Virus record (IMG/VR): IMGVR_UViG_3300034126_000020
Span: 32,001-96,000 of that record
Length of the DNA stretch: 64,000 bases
DNA from: a virus
Taxonomy: Duplodnaviria > Caudoviricetes
Strand: one strand, 5' to 3'
Both the position numbers and the translations under genes were made by a program. The notes below the pieces were generated by a model. That model was not told the origin of the DNA. It made no database searches and saw only the letters and a list, made by a program, of their open reading frames with translations. Shown here one piece after another: positions 7,715 to 17,359 of this stretch. Each line of letters starts with the position of its first letter. The first letter of the stretch is position 1.

Positions 7715-8038
7715 TTAGTAGCCGCCGCGCGATTCACGCAGTTCGGCGTGCGAGCTGCAAGACTTGCGAGGGCTGGACTTTGGCAGTTCGCCCTGAGGGG
7801 CTACGCCGGTTTCGGAGACCAAGGTCACAACGCCAGTTTCGACGTCGATGGCGATGGTGCTGCCGGCCTTGATGGTCTTGTCGTAGTCTTCGACTTCCAC
7901 GGACATCTGGATAGTCTTGTCCACTTGGAACACCAGCTCTTTCTTGTCAGCCTTTGCTACGTAGGCTTCGAAAGGTTTCTTATCCTTGGCCAGGAAACCC
8001 AGGATTGCTTGGTGCTTCTCGATTTCTTTGATTTTCAT
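7715..8038 (-). CDS. Hypothetical protein
   Basis: 107-aa ORF with GAGGAG RBS. Confidence 0.65.
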   Translation of the reverse strand: MKIKEIEKHQAILGFLAKDKKPFEAYVAKADKKELVFQVDKTIQMSVEVEDYDKTIKAGSTIAIDVETGVVTLVSETGVAPQGELPKSSPRKSCSSHAELRESRGGY

Positions 8039-8080
8039 GCAAGACTCCTCAGTCTTTGGGTTGGGTGTAGCAGGGATGGA

Positions 8081-9346
8081 TTAGTTGGCTTGGCCAGCGG
8101 CAGGGTGATGTTTGCTGGACAACATGGCTTCACGACCAGCGAACTCGGTAGCGTTATCACCAGTGGCAACGGGACCCTCGCTCAGGTAGCGACCGATCCC
8201 ACCCGGCTTCTTTTCGTCGTAAGTTTCCGTTGGGGACAACATGGTTGTCGAGCTGTTGTACTCGAAACCGTAGCTCAGCGTGATGTTGAGCTTACGATGG
8301 CCCTGGTAGGTGACGACACGAGTGCCTTCAGATTCTTCCAGGCCTTCGATGTGCAGCTGGGCTTCCTTCAACATCGGATCGGGAGTCTGACCCAGTGACA
8401 GGAAACTGTTGTTGCCAGACTTGCGGCTTTCGGTGATGCGGATGGTCAGGTCGCTACGACTGTGGCGGTTGGAGTAAACCTGATACCCGAAGCCTGCGAC
8501 TTCTTCCGGAGTGTCCAGCACTTCCACACGAGAGACGAACCACTGCATGCGCGGGAAGTCCGGCACGTTGAGGATCTCGCACATGTCGGCCACTTCGATG
8601 GCGTCTTTGCAACCCGCCGACTCACGGATGACGCAGAGCAGGGAGTCGAAGTTCAGCTTGCCGCTTTCACGCTTCACGTACGCTTCGAACGCCTTGTGCA
8701 GATGCTCGGAGACCTGCATTTTGGCCATGATGTCGTGCAGGGTGTCCAGGTCAATGCTGCTGCCAAACCCGATGTTGTAACGGAAGCGCTGAGGGCGGTT
8801 GACCAGGTAGTCAGAGAACTCTTCCGCCTCGTTGCCAGTGATGACGAACATCACGCCCAGGAACGACGTATCGCTGAACAGAGGCAGCAGACGCTCACGC
8901 TCGACCTTTTCACTGTAGGTCTTGCCGAACTCATCAAAGTAGACCATACATGGTCCGATGGCCTTGATGATGATGCTCAGTTCTTCAGCGCCCATGGCCT
9001 CAGTGACCATGATGACCGGCAGGTCTTGCGCGATCATCCAGTTGCCCAGTTCTTCTGCCAGCAGGCTCTTACCCGAACCCTTCATGCCGTGCAACAGAAC
9101 GCCATTGCTCTTACCGAAGCGGTCGTAGCTGGCAGTGATCTGCTTGACGCGGGAGTTGTGCTTACCAAAGCGCAGCTGAGGCAGCGTGAAGGTTGGACGG
9201 TCTTTGACCATGATAATGCCAGGACGACCGATGGACGCCTTGTACACCATGGCCGGCACGTGGTCGATGAGGTTGGACTCATCGTTCATGCGGATGACCA
9301 TGTGGTTGTCGAAGTTGTTGATGCTGATAGAAGCCTTGCGATCCAT
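8081..9346 (-). CDS. AAA+ ATPase
   Basis: Walker A GMKGSGKS, Walker B MVYFDEFGK, sensor ITGN, arginine-finger region NRPQRFRY. Confidence 0.9.
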   Translation of the reverse strand: MDRKASISINNFDNHMVIRMNDESNLIDHVPAMVYKASIGRPGIIMVKDRPTFTLPQLRFGKHNSRVKQITASYDRFGKSNGVLLHGMKGSGKSLLAEELGNWMIAQDLPVIMVTEAMGAEELSIIIKAIGPCMVYFDEFGKTYSEKVERERLLPLFSDTSFLGVMFVITGNEAEEFSDYLVNRPQRFRYNIGFGSSIDLDTLHDIMAKMQVSEHLHKAFEAYVKRESGKLNFDSLLCVIRESAGCKDAIEVADMCEILNVPDFPRMQWFVSRVEVLDTPEEVAGFGYQVYSNRHSRSDLTIRITESRKSGNNSFLSLGQTPDPMLKEAQLHIEGLEESEGTRVVTYQGHRKLNITLSYGFEYNSSTTMLSPTETYDEKKPGGIGRYLSEGPVATGDNATEFAGREAMLSSKHHPAAGQAN

Positions 9347-9397
9347 GGGTAGTTCCTTGGTGAATTTCAGAATGAATGTACGAAGGTAAAGCGCCGA

Positions 9398-10180
9398 TTA
9401 CTCGGCGTTTACGCGGGCGGTCTCTGCGATGGATTCGGCAATCAGGAACGCGAGGTACACGCCCTTGAGTTGCAGCCAGCCGTGGTAGACAGAACCGCCG
9501 TGTTCGGTGAAGCCTGCTGCATCAACGATGTAGCCGATGAACAGCATGGCATTACCCAGCAAGCCTTTGTCGTACGTGGTCGAGTCCAGGGCTGCTTTAC
9601 GGGCTTCTTCAGTTACGATGATCGGGTGGTTACGCTGAGTGTCGATGAAACGACCCAGTGCCACAACAGCACCCGCGTTATCACCACAGCCACATGCACC
9701 ACCGCCGTCTTTCGGCATCACGAGGTTCAGGATCACGGAGTCAATATCGCCGTGCCAGCACTCGTCCTCAACCGGGGTCCAGTTCAGGCCATCATTGTCG
9801 CTGTAGGTCCCGCCTTCAATGCCCACAGTAGACCAGTCCAACATCAGGCCACAGAAGTGAGCCGTGGTTGGGTTGACGTAGAAGCGGTTGCACTTGTCAC
9901 GAGTGACGACCATCAGCTCGGAGTCGATGTAACCGAAAGCGTCTTGCGCCTTCTTGGTGTACAGGACTTCGAACTCGGTGAAGGACGCATCAGCCTTGTC
10001 GAACTTCTCTTTGTTCAGGTAGCCGAGCTTCCAGTCGCCGGGCATATCGAGGAACGTGAAGTTGTCGGACAACTGAGGAATGGTTTCGTCAGTCTTGTGC
10101 ATCAGGACGAACGCGGTGAGCAGTTTGCCCGGAGTTGCGGTTACGTCAGAAGAAGCAGACATGATAGCTTTGTTATCCAT
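9398..10180 (-). CDS. Hypothetical protein
   Basis: 260-aa ORF with typical codon usage, followed by a promoter-like motif. Confidence 0.7.
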   Translation of the reverse strand: MDNKAIMSASSDVTATPGKLLTAFVLMHKTDETIPQLSDNFTFLDMPGDWKLGYLNKEKFDKADASFTEFEVLYTKKAQDAFGYIDSELMVVTRDKCNRFYVNPTTAHFCGLMLDWSTVGIEGGTYSDNDGLNWTPVEDECWHGDIDSVILNLVMPKDGGGACGCGDNAGAVVALGRFIDTQRNHPIIVTEEARKAALDSTTYDKGLLGNAMLFIGYIVDAAGFTEHGGSVYHGWLQLKGVYLAFLIAESIAETARVNAE

Positions 10181-10207
10181 GGTGAGGTTCCTGGGTGTAT
10201 GTGCGGG

Positions 10208-10642
10208 TTAAGGGGTGGCGTTGTGCAGTGCTGCGAGGATGTCTAAGTAGGCTTCCATCGCATCGGCACAGATTTCAATCGGGATGTCTTGCAGGCCGTG
10301 ATAGTAAGGAGCTTCGTTGCGCCCCGCACTACCTAACTTGAAACCGTACAACGGCAGTACAAGAAGGAAACGGTTGATGCCATCGGGATTGGATTCCCAG
10401 TTGTGCATCAGACCAAATACCATCGGACCCACTTTCAGGTAGATGGTTTTACCACGAGCACCCATCATCTTGGTGCTGACTTCGATGACGGGGTTGTCAA
10501 TCACCCAACGCCAGTCCAACAAAAGCTTGCGGAGGTCTTCAACAGTCGGAGGTAACTTCTCAGTCCCCGGGCTTGCATGGCGTCGAATCATTTCGGATTC
10601 AATCAGCTGGACAATCTGTCCGGCCAGTTTACGCATCTTCAT
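10208..10642 (-). CDS. Hypothetical protein
   Basis: AGGGG RBS before MKMRKLAGQ at 10642, just downstream of the promoter motif at 10673. Confidence 0.65.
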   Translation of the reverse strand: MKMRKLAGQIVQLIESEMIRRHASPGTEKLPPTVEDLRKLLLDWRWVIDNPVIEVSTKMMGARGKTIYLKVGPMVFGLMHNWESNPDGINRFLLVLPLYGFKLGSAGRNEAPYYHGLQDIPIEICADAMEAYLDILAALHNATP

Positions 10643-10745
10643 AGTGTCCCCTAGGTAGGTGTATACACGTGAATGATGTAGGGTCACAATCTTTTTGAAC
10701 GGCATAAAGGGCGAGGGGTTGGCCCCCTCACCTCTGGTGCCGCTT

Positions 10746-10997
10746 TTACTCGGCTGCTGCTTCAGCAACCGGCTCGAACGACCAGCTTTCTGCCAATTGC
10801 TTGGCCAGATCGCGGGTGACGCTGTTCGGCGTGCCGTCAACGGTTTCGATGGCGGTGTCTACGATGGTCATGGTGCCTTGGATAGCGAAGTCGATGGCTT
10901 GAGCCTTGTCTTCGATAGCGTTGGCATCACGGCGGATGTCGTTCAGGCAGGTTACAGCGTCAGCACGGGCTTGTTCAGCGGATACAGTCGTGGACAT
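10746..10997 (-). CDS. Small acidic helical protein
   Basis: AGGAG RBS; Ala/Asp/Glu-rich, 83 aa. Confidence 0.7.
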   Translation of the reverse strand: MSTTVSAEQARADAVTCLNDIRRDANAIEDKAQAIDFAIQGTMTIVDTAIETVDGTPNSVTRDLAKQLAESWSFEPVAEAAAE

Positions 10998-11024
10998 CAG
11001 TGATGCTCCTAATGGGTGCAGCGA

Positions 11025-12152
11025 TTATTGTGGGAGTTCGGTGCTTTGAGCAGCAGCCAGTTCGGCCAACTGGTCAGCCAGGGAACCGCCTTGTGGGTCA
11101 GCCAGTTGAGGCTGCTCGGTGAAGCACTTGTCACGCAGGACAGCTTCCAGACCAGCCATGTGCTCGGTCAGGTAACGGGTCCATGGCTCGCAACGGGAAG
11201 CCATTTCGATCACTTCAGCGCTGGTCTTCCAGCCGACAGTGGTGTACTTCTCTTCCAGCACCTTGAACTCCATGTCTTCTTTGACACGGAACACGGCGAT
11301 CACGCCCAGGTGGGTGTTGCCAACGAAGCCTGGCTTCTTCATGTCACGGTCGGACACGAAACCGCACGGCACGACGTTGCTGTTCAGTTCAGCCGGAGCT
11401 TCTGGACGGATTGGCGCTTTGCCGGTGATCAGTTGGAACACCTGAGCCACGGTGGTGCCTTCCAGAACGAAGAAGGTGCCCACGCCTGGGTTGGTCGCAT
11501 CACGGCGCAGAACGAATTCAGGTGCCGGGATCATGGCATCTTTCTTCAGTTCGTCGGTGAGTTCAGCAACCACTTCCATGGTCAGGCCTTCAACCAGACC
11601 CAGACCTTGGCTCAGCACTGCCAGTGCTTCTTCATCGGTGAGCGGACGCTCTTTGTTTTCCGGTGCAGTGAATGCCACTTCTTCGGACAGTTCACGGATA
11701 CCGGAGGTCAGCGTGGTGTAGAAGCTGGACGGCACTTCGTCAACCTGCACGAGTTGACCTTCCTGTGGACCGGCCTCGTAGTGAGGAACCAGATCACGGA
11801 ATTCCAGGTGACCGCCGAAGCCGATGGAGAAACCGTCTTTCAACTGAGCTTCAGCACCTGCCGCACGCTGGTACATGGCCCAGTAAGCGGTATCGCCGAC
11901 GATCTTGCCAGCCAGGGTGTAGAGGATCAGTTGACGAACGTTTTCCAGCTTGTCGATGGTCGAACGACGCATGCCCACGAAACCAGCATCCATTTCCATC
12001 ATCAGGTCGTGGACTTCGTTTGGCTCGTACAGGCGGGCATCACCGGCCATGTTGCCGACCAGGTTGTTTGGAACGAACTCAGGCAGGATGCCGAAGGTCA
12101 TTTCGTCACGCTTGGTGCGGGTGTACAGTTTCGGCATTTGTGCTTCGGACAT
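11025..12152 (-). CDS. NUDIX-fold phosphoesterase (COG4112/YmaB-like) with internal insertion
   Basis: RQLILY..YQR...AEAQL...SIGFGGHLE, GIRELSEEV and GFVSD...VGNTHLG motifs; about 90-aa insert after the NUDIX box. Confidence 0.7.
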   Translation of the reverse strand: MSEAQMPKLYTRTKRDEMTFGILPEFVPNNLVGNMAGDARLYEPNEVHDLMMEMDAGFVGMRRSTIDKLENVRQLILYTLAGKIVGDTAYWAMYQRAAGAEAQLKDGFSIGFGGHLEFRDLVPHYEAGPQEGQLVQVDEVPSSFYTTLTSGIRELSEEVAFTAPENKERPLTDEEALAVLSQGLGLVEGLTMEVVAELTDELKKDAMIPAPEFVLRRDATNPGVGTFFVLEGTTVAQVFQLITGKAPIRPEAPAELNSNVVPCGFVSDRDMKKPGFVGNTHLGVIAVFRVKEDMEFKVLEEKYTTVGWKTSAEVIEMASRCEPWTRYLTEHMAGLEAVLRDKCFTEQPQLADPQGGSLADQLAELAAAQSTELPQ

Positions 12153-12215
12153 GGTGTAACTCCTAATGGACAACGAATGGGATGGATGGGGTGAGCAAGA
12201 CTCACCCCTAACAGG

Positions 12216-14099
12216 TTAGACCGACAGTTGAGACATCGGTGCGGATTCTGCTGCTGGGGCCACTTCTGGCTCGGCAACAGCGTTACGATCACGGATGACC
12301 GGCAGACCAGCAGTCACTGGCTTGATCTTGTAACCGCAGCCATCCACAACGAAGCGGATGTCTTTGGCACCGAACAGCACTTGACCAGCTTCGTTCAGAC
12401 GAGCGTGCAGCGTGATCTTGACTTCACCTTGCTGGTTCGGGTGACGTGGGCCGAAGGTCAGGCCGATAGCCTGTTGTTCTTCAGCACGTGGCACCTGAGT
12501 TTCACGGGAGTAGTCTTCGATCGCACGACGGTGCTCGTACAGTTCGCCTTTGACAGCGTCTGCGAACAGAGCAGGGTGTGGAGCGTACGGCATGGTGATA
12601 CCGCCGAACCAAAGCATCAGAGCTTCGCTTTCAGTGCCTGGGGTGTGGTAGCCGACGATGGTCGACGACGACAGCGACAGGACTGGCAGGATAACGCGAC
12701 CGTTCTGAACGACCGACTTGTCCTTGACCAGCTCTTGAGCACGGAAGTTCTGGTTGTAGGTCCACGGCACGAACGGAGCACGGCGTTCATCAGTGTCCCA
12801 CTTGAAGATCGGCTTGGCGTTCAGATCAGCCATGATGTTCAGCAGCGAAGGTTTCCAGGTCATGTCAGTCATGTCCACGCCCAGGGCGTCCACATGCTTC
12901 AGCACTTCGTTGAAGAAGTAGCCGACGTCCATGACGATCGGTGCTTTGATCTGCTCCACTTCCACACCCTTGCGAGATGCGAACTCGGAGAAGTCAGTTT
13001 GCGCCGACATCTTCTTGCCTTCGATCCAGGTCCAACGCTCCTTGGCTTCCCACAGAGCAGGCACGTCTTTCTCAGACGCTTCACGCTGTTGGAAAGACGG
13101 CAGCCAGTCGTTCTCTTGCAGGAAGTTGGCAGTACGTTCCAGTTGACCCGACGAAGCCGGAGCAGTGGTACGACGGAACTTCACAGCCGAGGTCTGGGAT
13201 TTCCAGAACGACACCAGGCCCAGTTCGTGAGCTTTGGTGCGGTGTTCGTTGGCCATCAGCTTGGCAGCTTCTTTCAGCAGCGCGCCCAGCATGGAACCAC
13301 GCAGTGCAGCCAGCGCCCGGTGTTTCATAGCGAAGACCCAGATGCGGTTGACCAGCAGGGTTTCTTTCTGGTAATCGTTGGCCGAAGTGTACGACACCAA
13401 CGACTGAGCCACTTGCAGGTTCGCCAGCAGGTCAGCAAACGCCTTGATGGTCGCTTCGCTGTTTTCCAGATGGTCCAGGGTACGCGCTTGGAACAACTGC
13501 TCTACCCACATCACGGTCGGAAGGTCGATTTCCTTGGTGAGTTTGATCAGCGAGTTGACGCGGTCAGCCTGCTTGGCCACTTGATCGAAATCGATCTCGC
13601 GGTCCAGACCGGCGTAGCGGTGACGCAGGTAGTTCGGCTGGATGAAGTAGTGCTGCCAGGTATGAGTGCCGTCTTCGGACTTGGTGATGTTCTGGTAGTT
13701 CTTGTACGGACCTTCAGGGTTGAACAGCGTAGTGATACGCCCTTCTTCCACGAAGATCTTCATCAGCTTGACCACTTCCTTGAAGAAAGGATCGGTCACA
13801 GCCTCTGGGTTCCAGAACACCGATTCCAGGCCGTTAGCGCCGTCAGCCACCAGATGACCCACACGGGACATGAAGCGGGAGCACTGGGCGCAGTTGTAGT
13901 GCTGCACGATTTCACGGATGTGATCCGGGTACGCAGCCTTGGCTACCTTCTCGATGGAGAGCAGGTAGTGTTTCATCAACTTCTTGCGCTGCTGGGTTGC
14001 GAAGATCGCACCGACGCCTGGGGCCAGTTTCGATTGCGCAGCGATTTGCAGTTGGTCGAGCGATTCGTGGTACTTGAAAGCTTCAGCAACTTGAGACAT
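12216..14099 (-). CDS. Large hypothetical protein with an HxxCxxC motif
   Basis: 627 aa; HYNCAQCSRF suggests a metal-binding site. Confidence 0.75.
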   Translation of the reverse strand: MSQVAEAFKYHESLDQLQIAAQSKLAPGVGAIFATQQRKKLMKHYLLSIEKVAKAAYPDHIREIVQHYNCAQCSRFMSRVGHLVADGANGLESVFWNPEAVTDPFFKEVVKLMKIFVEEGRITTLFNPEGPYKNYQNITKSEDGTHTWQHYFIQPNYLRHRYAGLDREIDFDQVAKQADRVNSLIKLTKEIDLPTVMWVEQLFQARTLDHLENSEATIKAFADLLANLQVAQSLVSYTSANDYQKETLLVNRIWVFAMKHRALAALRGSMLGALLKEAAKLMANEHRTKAHELGLVSFWKSQTSAVKFRRTTAPASSGQLERTANFLQENDWLPSFQQREASEKDVPALWEAKERWTWIEGKKMSAQTDFSEFASRKGVEVEQIKAPIVMDVGYFFNEVLKHVDALGVDMTDMTWKPSLLNIMADLNAKPIFKWDTDERRAPFVPWTYNQNFRAQELVKDKSVVQNGRVILPVLSLSSSTIVGYHTPGTESEALMLWFGGITMPYAPHPALFADAVKGELYEHRRAIEDYSRETQVPRAEEQQAIGLTFGPRHPNQQGEVKITLHARLNEAGQVLFGAKDIRFVVDGCGYKIKPVTAGLPVIRDRNAVAEPEVAPAAESAPMSQLSV

Positions 14100-14130
14100 G
14101 GGAACTTCCTTTGGTTACGAAATGGATGGA

Positions 14131-14490
14131 TTACTGAACGGATTCGAGAGTAGAGGTCTTGTCAACCAACGTACCGTCGTTGAAGTCGAGAACCCAGAAC
14201 ACCTGTACCACGGCGTGGGTCGCAATGTCAGCAACTGCTGCTTTGTCGCCCATGTCCAGGATGTTAAGGAGCCACACGCCTTCGGGAAGAGCTTGAGCAT
14301 CACTGCTCAGCAGCGACGCATCGTTGGACATGCGAGTAACCAGACCACGAGTCCGGCCGCGTTTAGCAACCAACTCATTGATGGTTTTATCCAGCTTCTC
14401 ACGGAACTCTGGATAAATCGCAGGACACTGTTTGCGCACCATTTCAAAGATGGCATAGATGTCGTACTGCGTAATGGGTGCTGTTGGCAT
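14131..14490 (-). CDS. Hypothetical protein
   Basis: 119-aa ORF in the operon. Confidence 0.6.
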   Translation of the reverse strand: MPTAPITQYDIYAIFEMVRKQCPAIYPEFREKLDKTINELVAKRGRTRGLVTRMSNDASLLSSDAQALPEGVWLLNILDMGDKAAVADIATHAVVQVFWVLDFNDGTLVDKTSTLESVQ

Positions 14491-14500
14491 GACGATGATC

Positions 14501-14773
14501 CTATTTGCCGTTTCCGGCGCGGTCGTAATAACGTTGAAGTTTGGCGTACAGTGAGGCTTTCTGGCGAGTCAGCCTTTTACTGATACCTTTCTGATTGTTG
14601 CACTGGGGGTTCCAGAGCACATCACGCAGGTTGGTGTGTGCCAGCAGGATCTGCACCATGTAGGTGTCGAACAGACGCCGCTTTGGGTTCCAGTGGGACT
14701 TGTCAGCCTTCAGTTGCTCAATGCCGTCAGTCCCAACGTACTGAGAATGTTTCTTGCCGAGTCGTCTGCACAT
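14501..14773 (-). CDS. Small basic hypothetical protein
   Basis: 90-aa ORF whose start overlaps the NUDIX stop. Confidence 0.55.
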   Translation of the reverse strand: MCRRLGKKHSQYVGTDGIEQLKADKSHWNPKRRLFDTYMVQILLAHTNLRDVLWNPQCNNQKGISKRLTRQKASLYAKLQRYYDRAGNGK

Positions 14774-15249
14774 CAGTCAGACCTCAATCGGGTCATGCCT
14801 TCATTTACCTTGAGGCTGGTATAGACCTTTTCCATGTAGTTCTTGAACGGCAGGAACAGAGGTTCGGGCAGCTCAGCCAGATCGTACCAATCCCAGCCTT
14901 CGCACTTCTCAGGTTCGAGGTTCTGCGGTTCGCCTTCGTTGAAACGGGACGCCACAAAGAGGGTAGCGTAATGCTTGTTTTCCTCTTTGAAGTGATCGTT
15001 GGTGAACCCGGCCTGGAACAACGGGTCGTGCAGGACGATACCAGTCTCTTCCAACACTTCACGCTTGGCACAGGTGCCGACCGTTTCACCGAACTCCAGA
15101 TGGCCGCCGGGGACAGAGTAAGTGCCTGCACCATGACTGCCCTTGCGTTTACCCATGAGGATCTTGGTGCCACGCATGATGATGACACCAACACCCACAC
15201 GAACGTGCTGAGCTACATCTGAAACGCCTACATCCGACTTCTCAACCAT
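14773..15249 (-). CDS. NUDIX hydrolase (MutT/NUDT15-like)
   Basis: Complete NUDIX box GGHLEFGETVGTCAKREVLEETG plus the PQNLEPEKCEGWDW C-terminal motif. Confidence 0.92.
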   Translation of the reverse strand: MVEKSDVGVSDVAQHVRVGVGVIIMRGTKILMGKRKGSHGAGTYSVPGGHLEFGETVGTCAKREVLEETGIVLHDPLFQAGFTNDHFKEENKHYATLFVASRFNEGEPQNLEPEKCEGWDWYDLAELPEPLFLPFKNYMEKVYTSLKVNEGMTRLRSD

Positions 15250-15252
15250 TTG

Positions 15253-15540
15253 TTACGTCCTTTTGATATACGCCGCGCCATCGAGGAGGCTCTTGCACAC
15301 CAAACCATGAACTTTGATGCCGCGGGAGTTCTTGGCGGTGTACTGAGTGCGGTAGAAGTTGCGATCACAGCCGAAGTACTGACGGCCACCAACCTCGATG
15401 TCAGTGTAGCCTTCATCTTCCAGCACTTTCTTGGTACCGACTGGGTCTGCGTAACCCATGTTGCCGATAATTACAGCGGCAATGGTCAACAGGGTGATGA
15501 TCTCCGTGATCCCCACCTTGCTCTTACGTGTTCTACTCAT
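15253..15540 (-). CDS. Small membrane-anchored/exported protein
   Basis: Basic N-terminus plus hydrophobic helix; Cys pair in the mature part. Confidence 0.7.
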   Translation of the reverse strand: MSRTRKSKVGITEIITLLTIAAVIIGNMGYADPVGTKKVLEDEGYTDIEVGGRQYFGCDRNFYRTQYTAKNSRGIKVHGLVCKSLLDGAAYIKRT

Positions 15541-15546
15541 GCTTAC

Positions 15547-16632
15547 TTACTCGATTACGTTGCGGACTTGTTTCTTTGGGATCTGGACCGACGTCAGCAG
15601 GTCATAAGCGACGGTGGACGCATGGTCACCTTTCAGACCCAGACGGATCTTCGGGTAAGCCAGTACGATCACGCCGGCTTCGTCTTTGCTGATCTTGCCA
15701 CTGACTTCAATCGCCTGCTTCTTGAAGAAGCCACGCCATGCCTCTGGCAACTCGTGACGATTGATACGCAGGTCGAACATGTCACCGTCCGACGCCTTGG
15801 TCCAAAACGACTCGTACGCCTTCGAGAGAGACAAAGCAGCATCGGCTGTCTTCAACTGGATCTCGAGACCGTAATAGAAGTCGTTGGAGGATGGCTTACG
15901 CTCATTGAACGTCGGTGCAAAGTGCTTCTCTGCCTCGATTGGCGGATTGAGGTACGCTTGCAGTGTCAGGTGGTACGCCAGATCGGCACGACCTGCTTTG
16001 GTCAGGTGGCCTTTCTGTTCAGCGAACCATTGCGGCAGGTTCTTGCGAATCCATGGACGCAGTGCAATCTGGTCACGGATCGATTCAGCCTTGTGGTCAC
16101 CGAAGGTGTCGGAGTACAGCAGCAGACTGCGAGAGGCATCAACCATCTCTTCGGTCATGTTGTACGAGTCAGGTACGATGACGTGAGTCTTGCCGACCTG
16201 TTCCAAATCACGCAGGCACGGCGGTAAGGAATCAATCAGACACAGAATCGTCGGATCGTCATTCGCTGCGGACTTCAACTTGTCCAGCCATTCTTCAGCA
16301 TTGAAAGGGTTAGGTACAGCCGCGGCTTCTTCGACCCATGTCGGGACTGGGCGGTCCCATTCACCGGTGGTGTCCATCAGGTGCTCATCCAGAGGATAGA
16401 GGAGCATGCCCACAAGGACCTTGTTGTAGCGAACGAAGTACTTGCCACCATGTCCGGTGGCGTGCGCCAGCACTTCGATGTTGGCACGATCGGGTAACTG
16501 ACTCAGTGTCTCAGTCTTCATGATGACTTCGAGCAAAGCGTCCATATTACTTTCAAGTTTGATCCCGTCGCCAAACGAGGCTTGCGTGTCGCCGACAGAG
16601 ACGGCGGGATGAAACAGGTTTTGAAGTGCCAT
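15547..16632 (-). CDS. Hypothetical protein
   Basis: Long ORF; likely start MALQNLF at 16632 after AGAG. Confidence 0.7.
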   Translation of the reverse strand: MALQNLFHPAVSVGDTQASFGDGIKLESNMDALLEVIMKTETLSQLPDRANIEVLAHATGHGGKYFVRYNKVLVGMLLYPLDEHLMDTTGEWDRPVPTWVEEAAAVPNPFNAEEWLDKLKSAANDDPTILCLIDSLPPCLRDLEQVGKTHVIVPDSYNMTEEMVDASRSLLLYSDTFGDHKAESIRDQIALRPWIRKNLPQWFAEQKGHLTKAGRADLAYHLTLQAYLNPPIEAEKHFAPTFNERKPSSNDFYYGLEIQLKTADAALSLSKAYESFWTKASDGDMFDLRINRHELPEAWRGFFKKQAIEVSGKISKDEAGVIVLAYPKIRLGLKGDHASTVAYDLLTSVQIPKKQVRNVIE

Positions 16633-16721
16633 GGGTGAGTTCTCTTTGGTTGACATACTTGTTGAAGGGTTCGTTTCTTTTGACATGCGGCATAAACGCC
16701 GCCCCGAAGGACGGCGACGAA

Positions 16722-17201
16722 TCAGCGGTAGGTGTCGTAACTCGGATGCGTGAAAGGCACGCTCTTACGAGAGAGACTACCCAGCAGTTCGGTGCGCTCC
16801 TTACGTTCCAGCAAGTTGATTGCGAAACGTGCAAGCTTCAGCGGAGTGAGATCACCCTGCCGTTCAAAGATGTACCAGTTGTTGAGCTCAACCGCACGGA
16901 AGGCTCCTGGCAATGTGTTGTTGATGTAGCCCTGTACGAGCGTGGCTTCTCGTTGGGTCACACCTTCAAGATCGACGTCAAGGACTTGGAGTTCCTTCAC
17001 TCGGGTTGGACGGTTCTTTGGTGAACCTGTCTTTTCCCACAGCCGTTCCAGTGCCTTCTCGTCTTTGATGCAGAGCCCCCGCTCTACACTGAATCTGACG
17101 AGTGCCATCCCTTGCTTAGCCGGAACTTCTCCCTTGACCAAAAACAGCTCATTACCCGGTTGCCCCAGAATCACCGGTACTACATATTTGCCTTTCGACA
17201 T
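16722..17201 (-). CDS. Hypothetical protein
   Basis: 159-aa ORF downstream of the promoter motif at 17278. Confidence 0.7.
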   Translation of the reverse strand: MSKGKYVVPVILGQPGNELFLVKGEVPAKQGMALVRFSVERGLCIKDEKALERLWEKTGSPKNRPTRVKELQVLDVDLEGVTQREATLVQGYINNTLPGAFRAVELNNWYIFERQGDLTPLKLARFAINLLERKERTELLGSLSRKSVPFTHPSYDTYR

Positions 17202-17359
17202 GGAGAGTTATCCCTTAAAACTCAGCTCGACTCTTATTCTTCACGGTTATGTGTTGGCTTTATTGTCATGCTCGTGGATAATGTAGGGTCATTTAATGAT
17301 TGAGTGGAATACCCAATCATACAATGATACGGAATAAGAGGAGGGCCGAAGCCCTCGCC

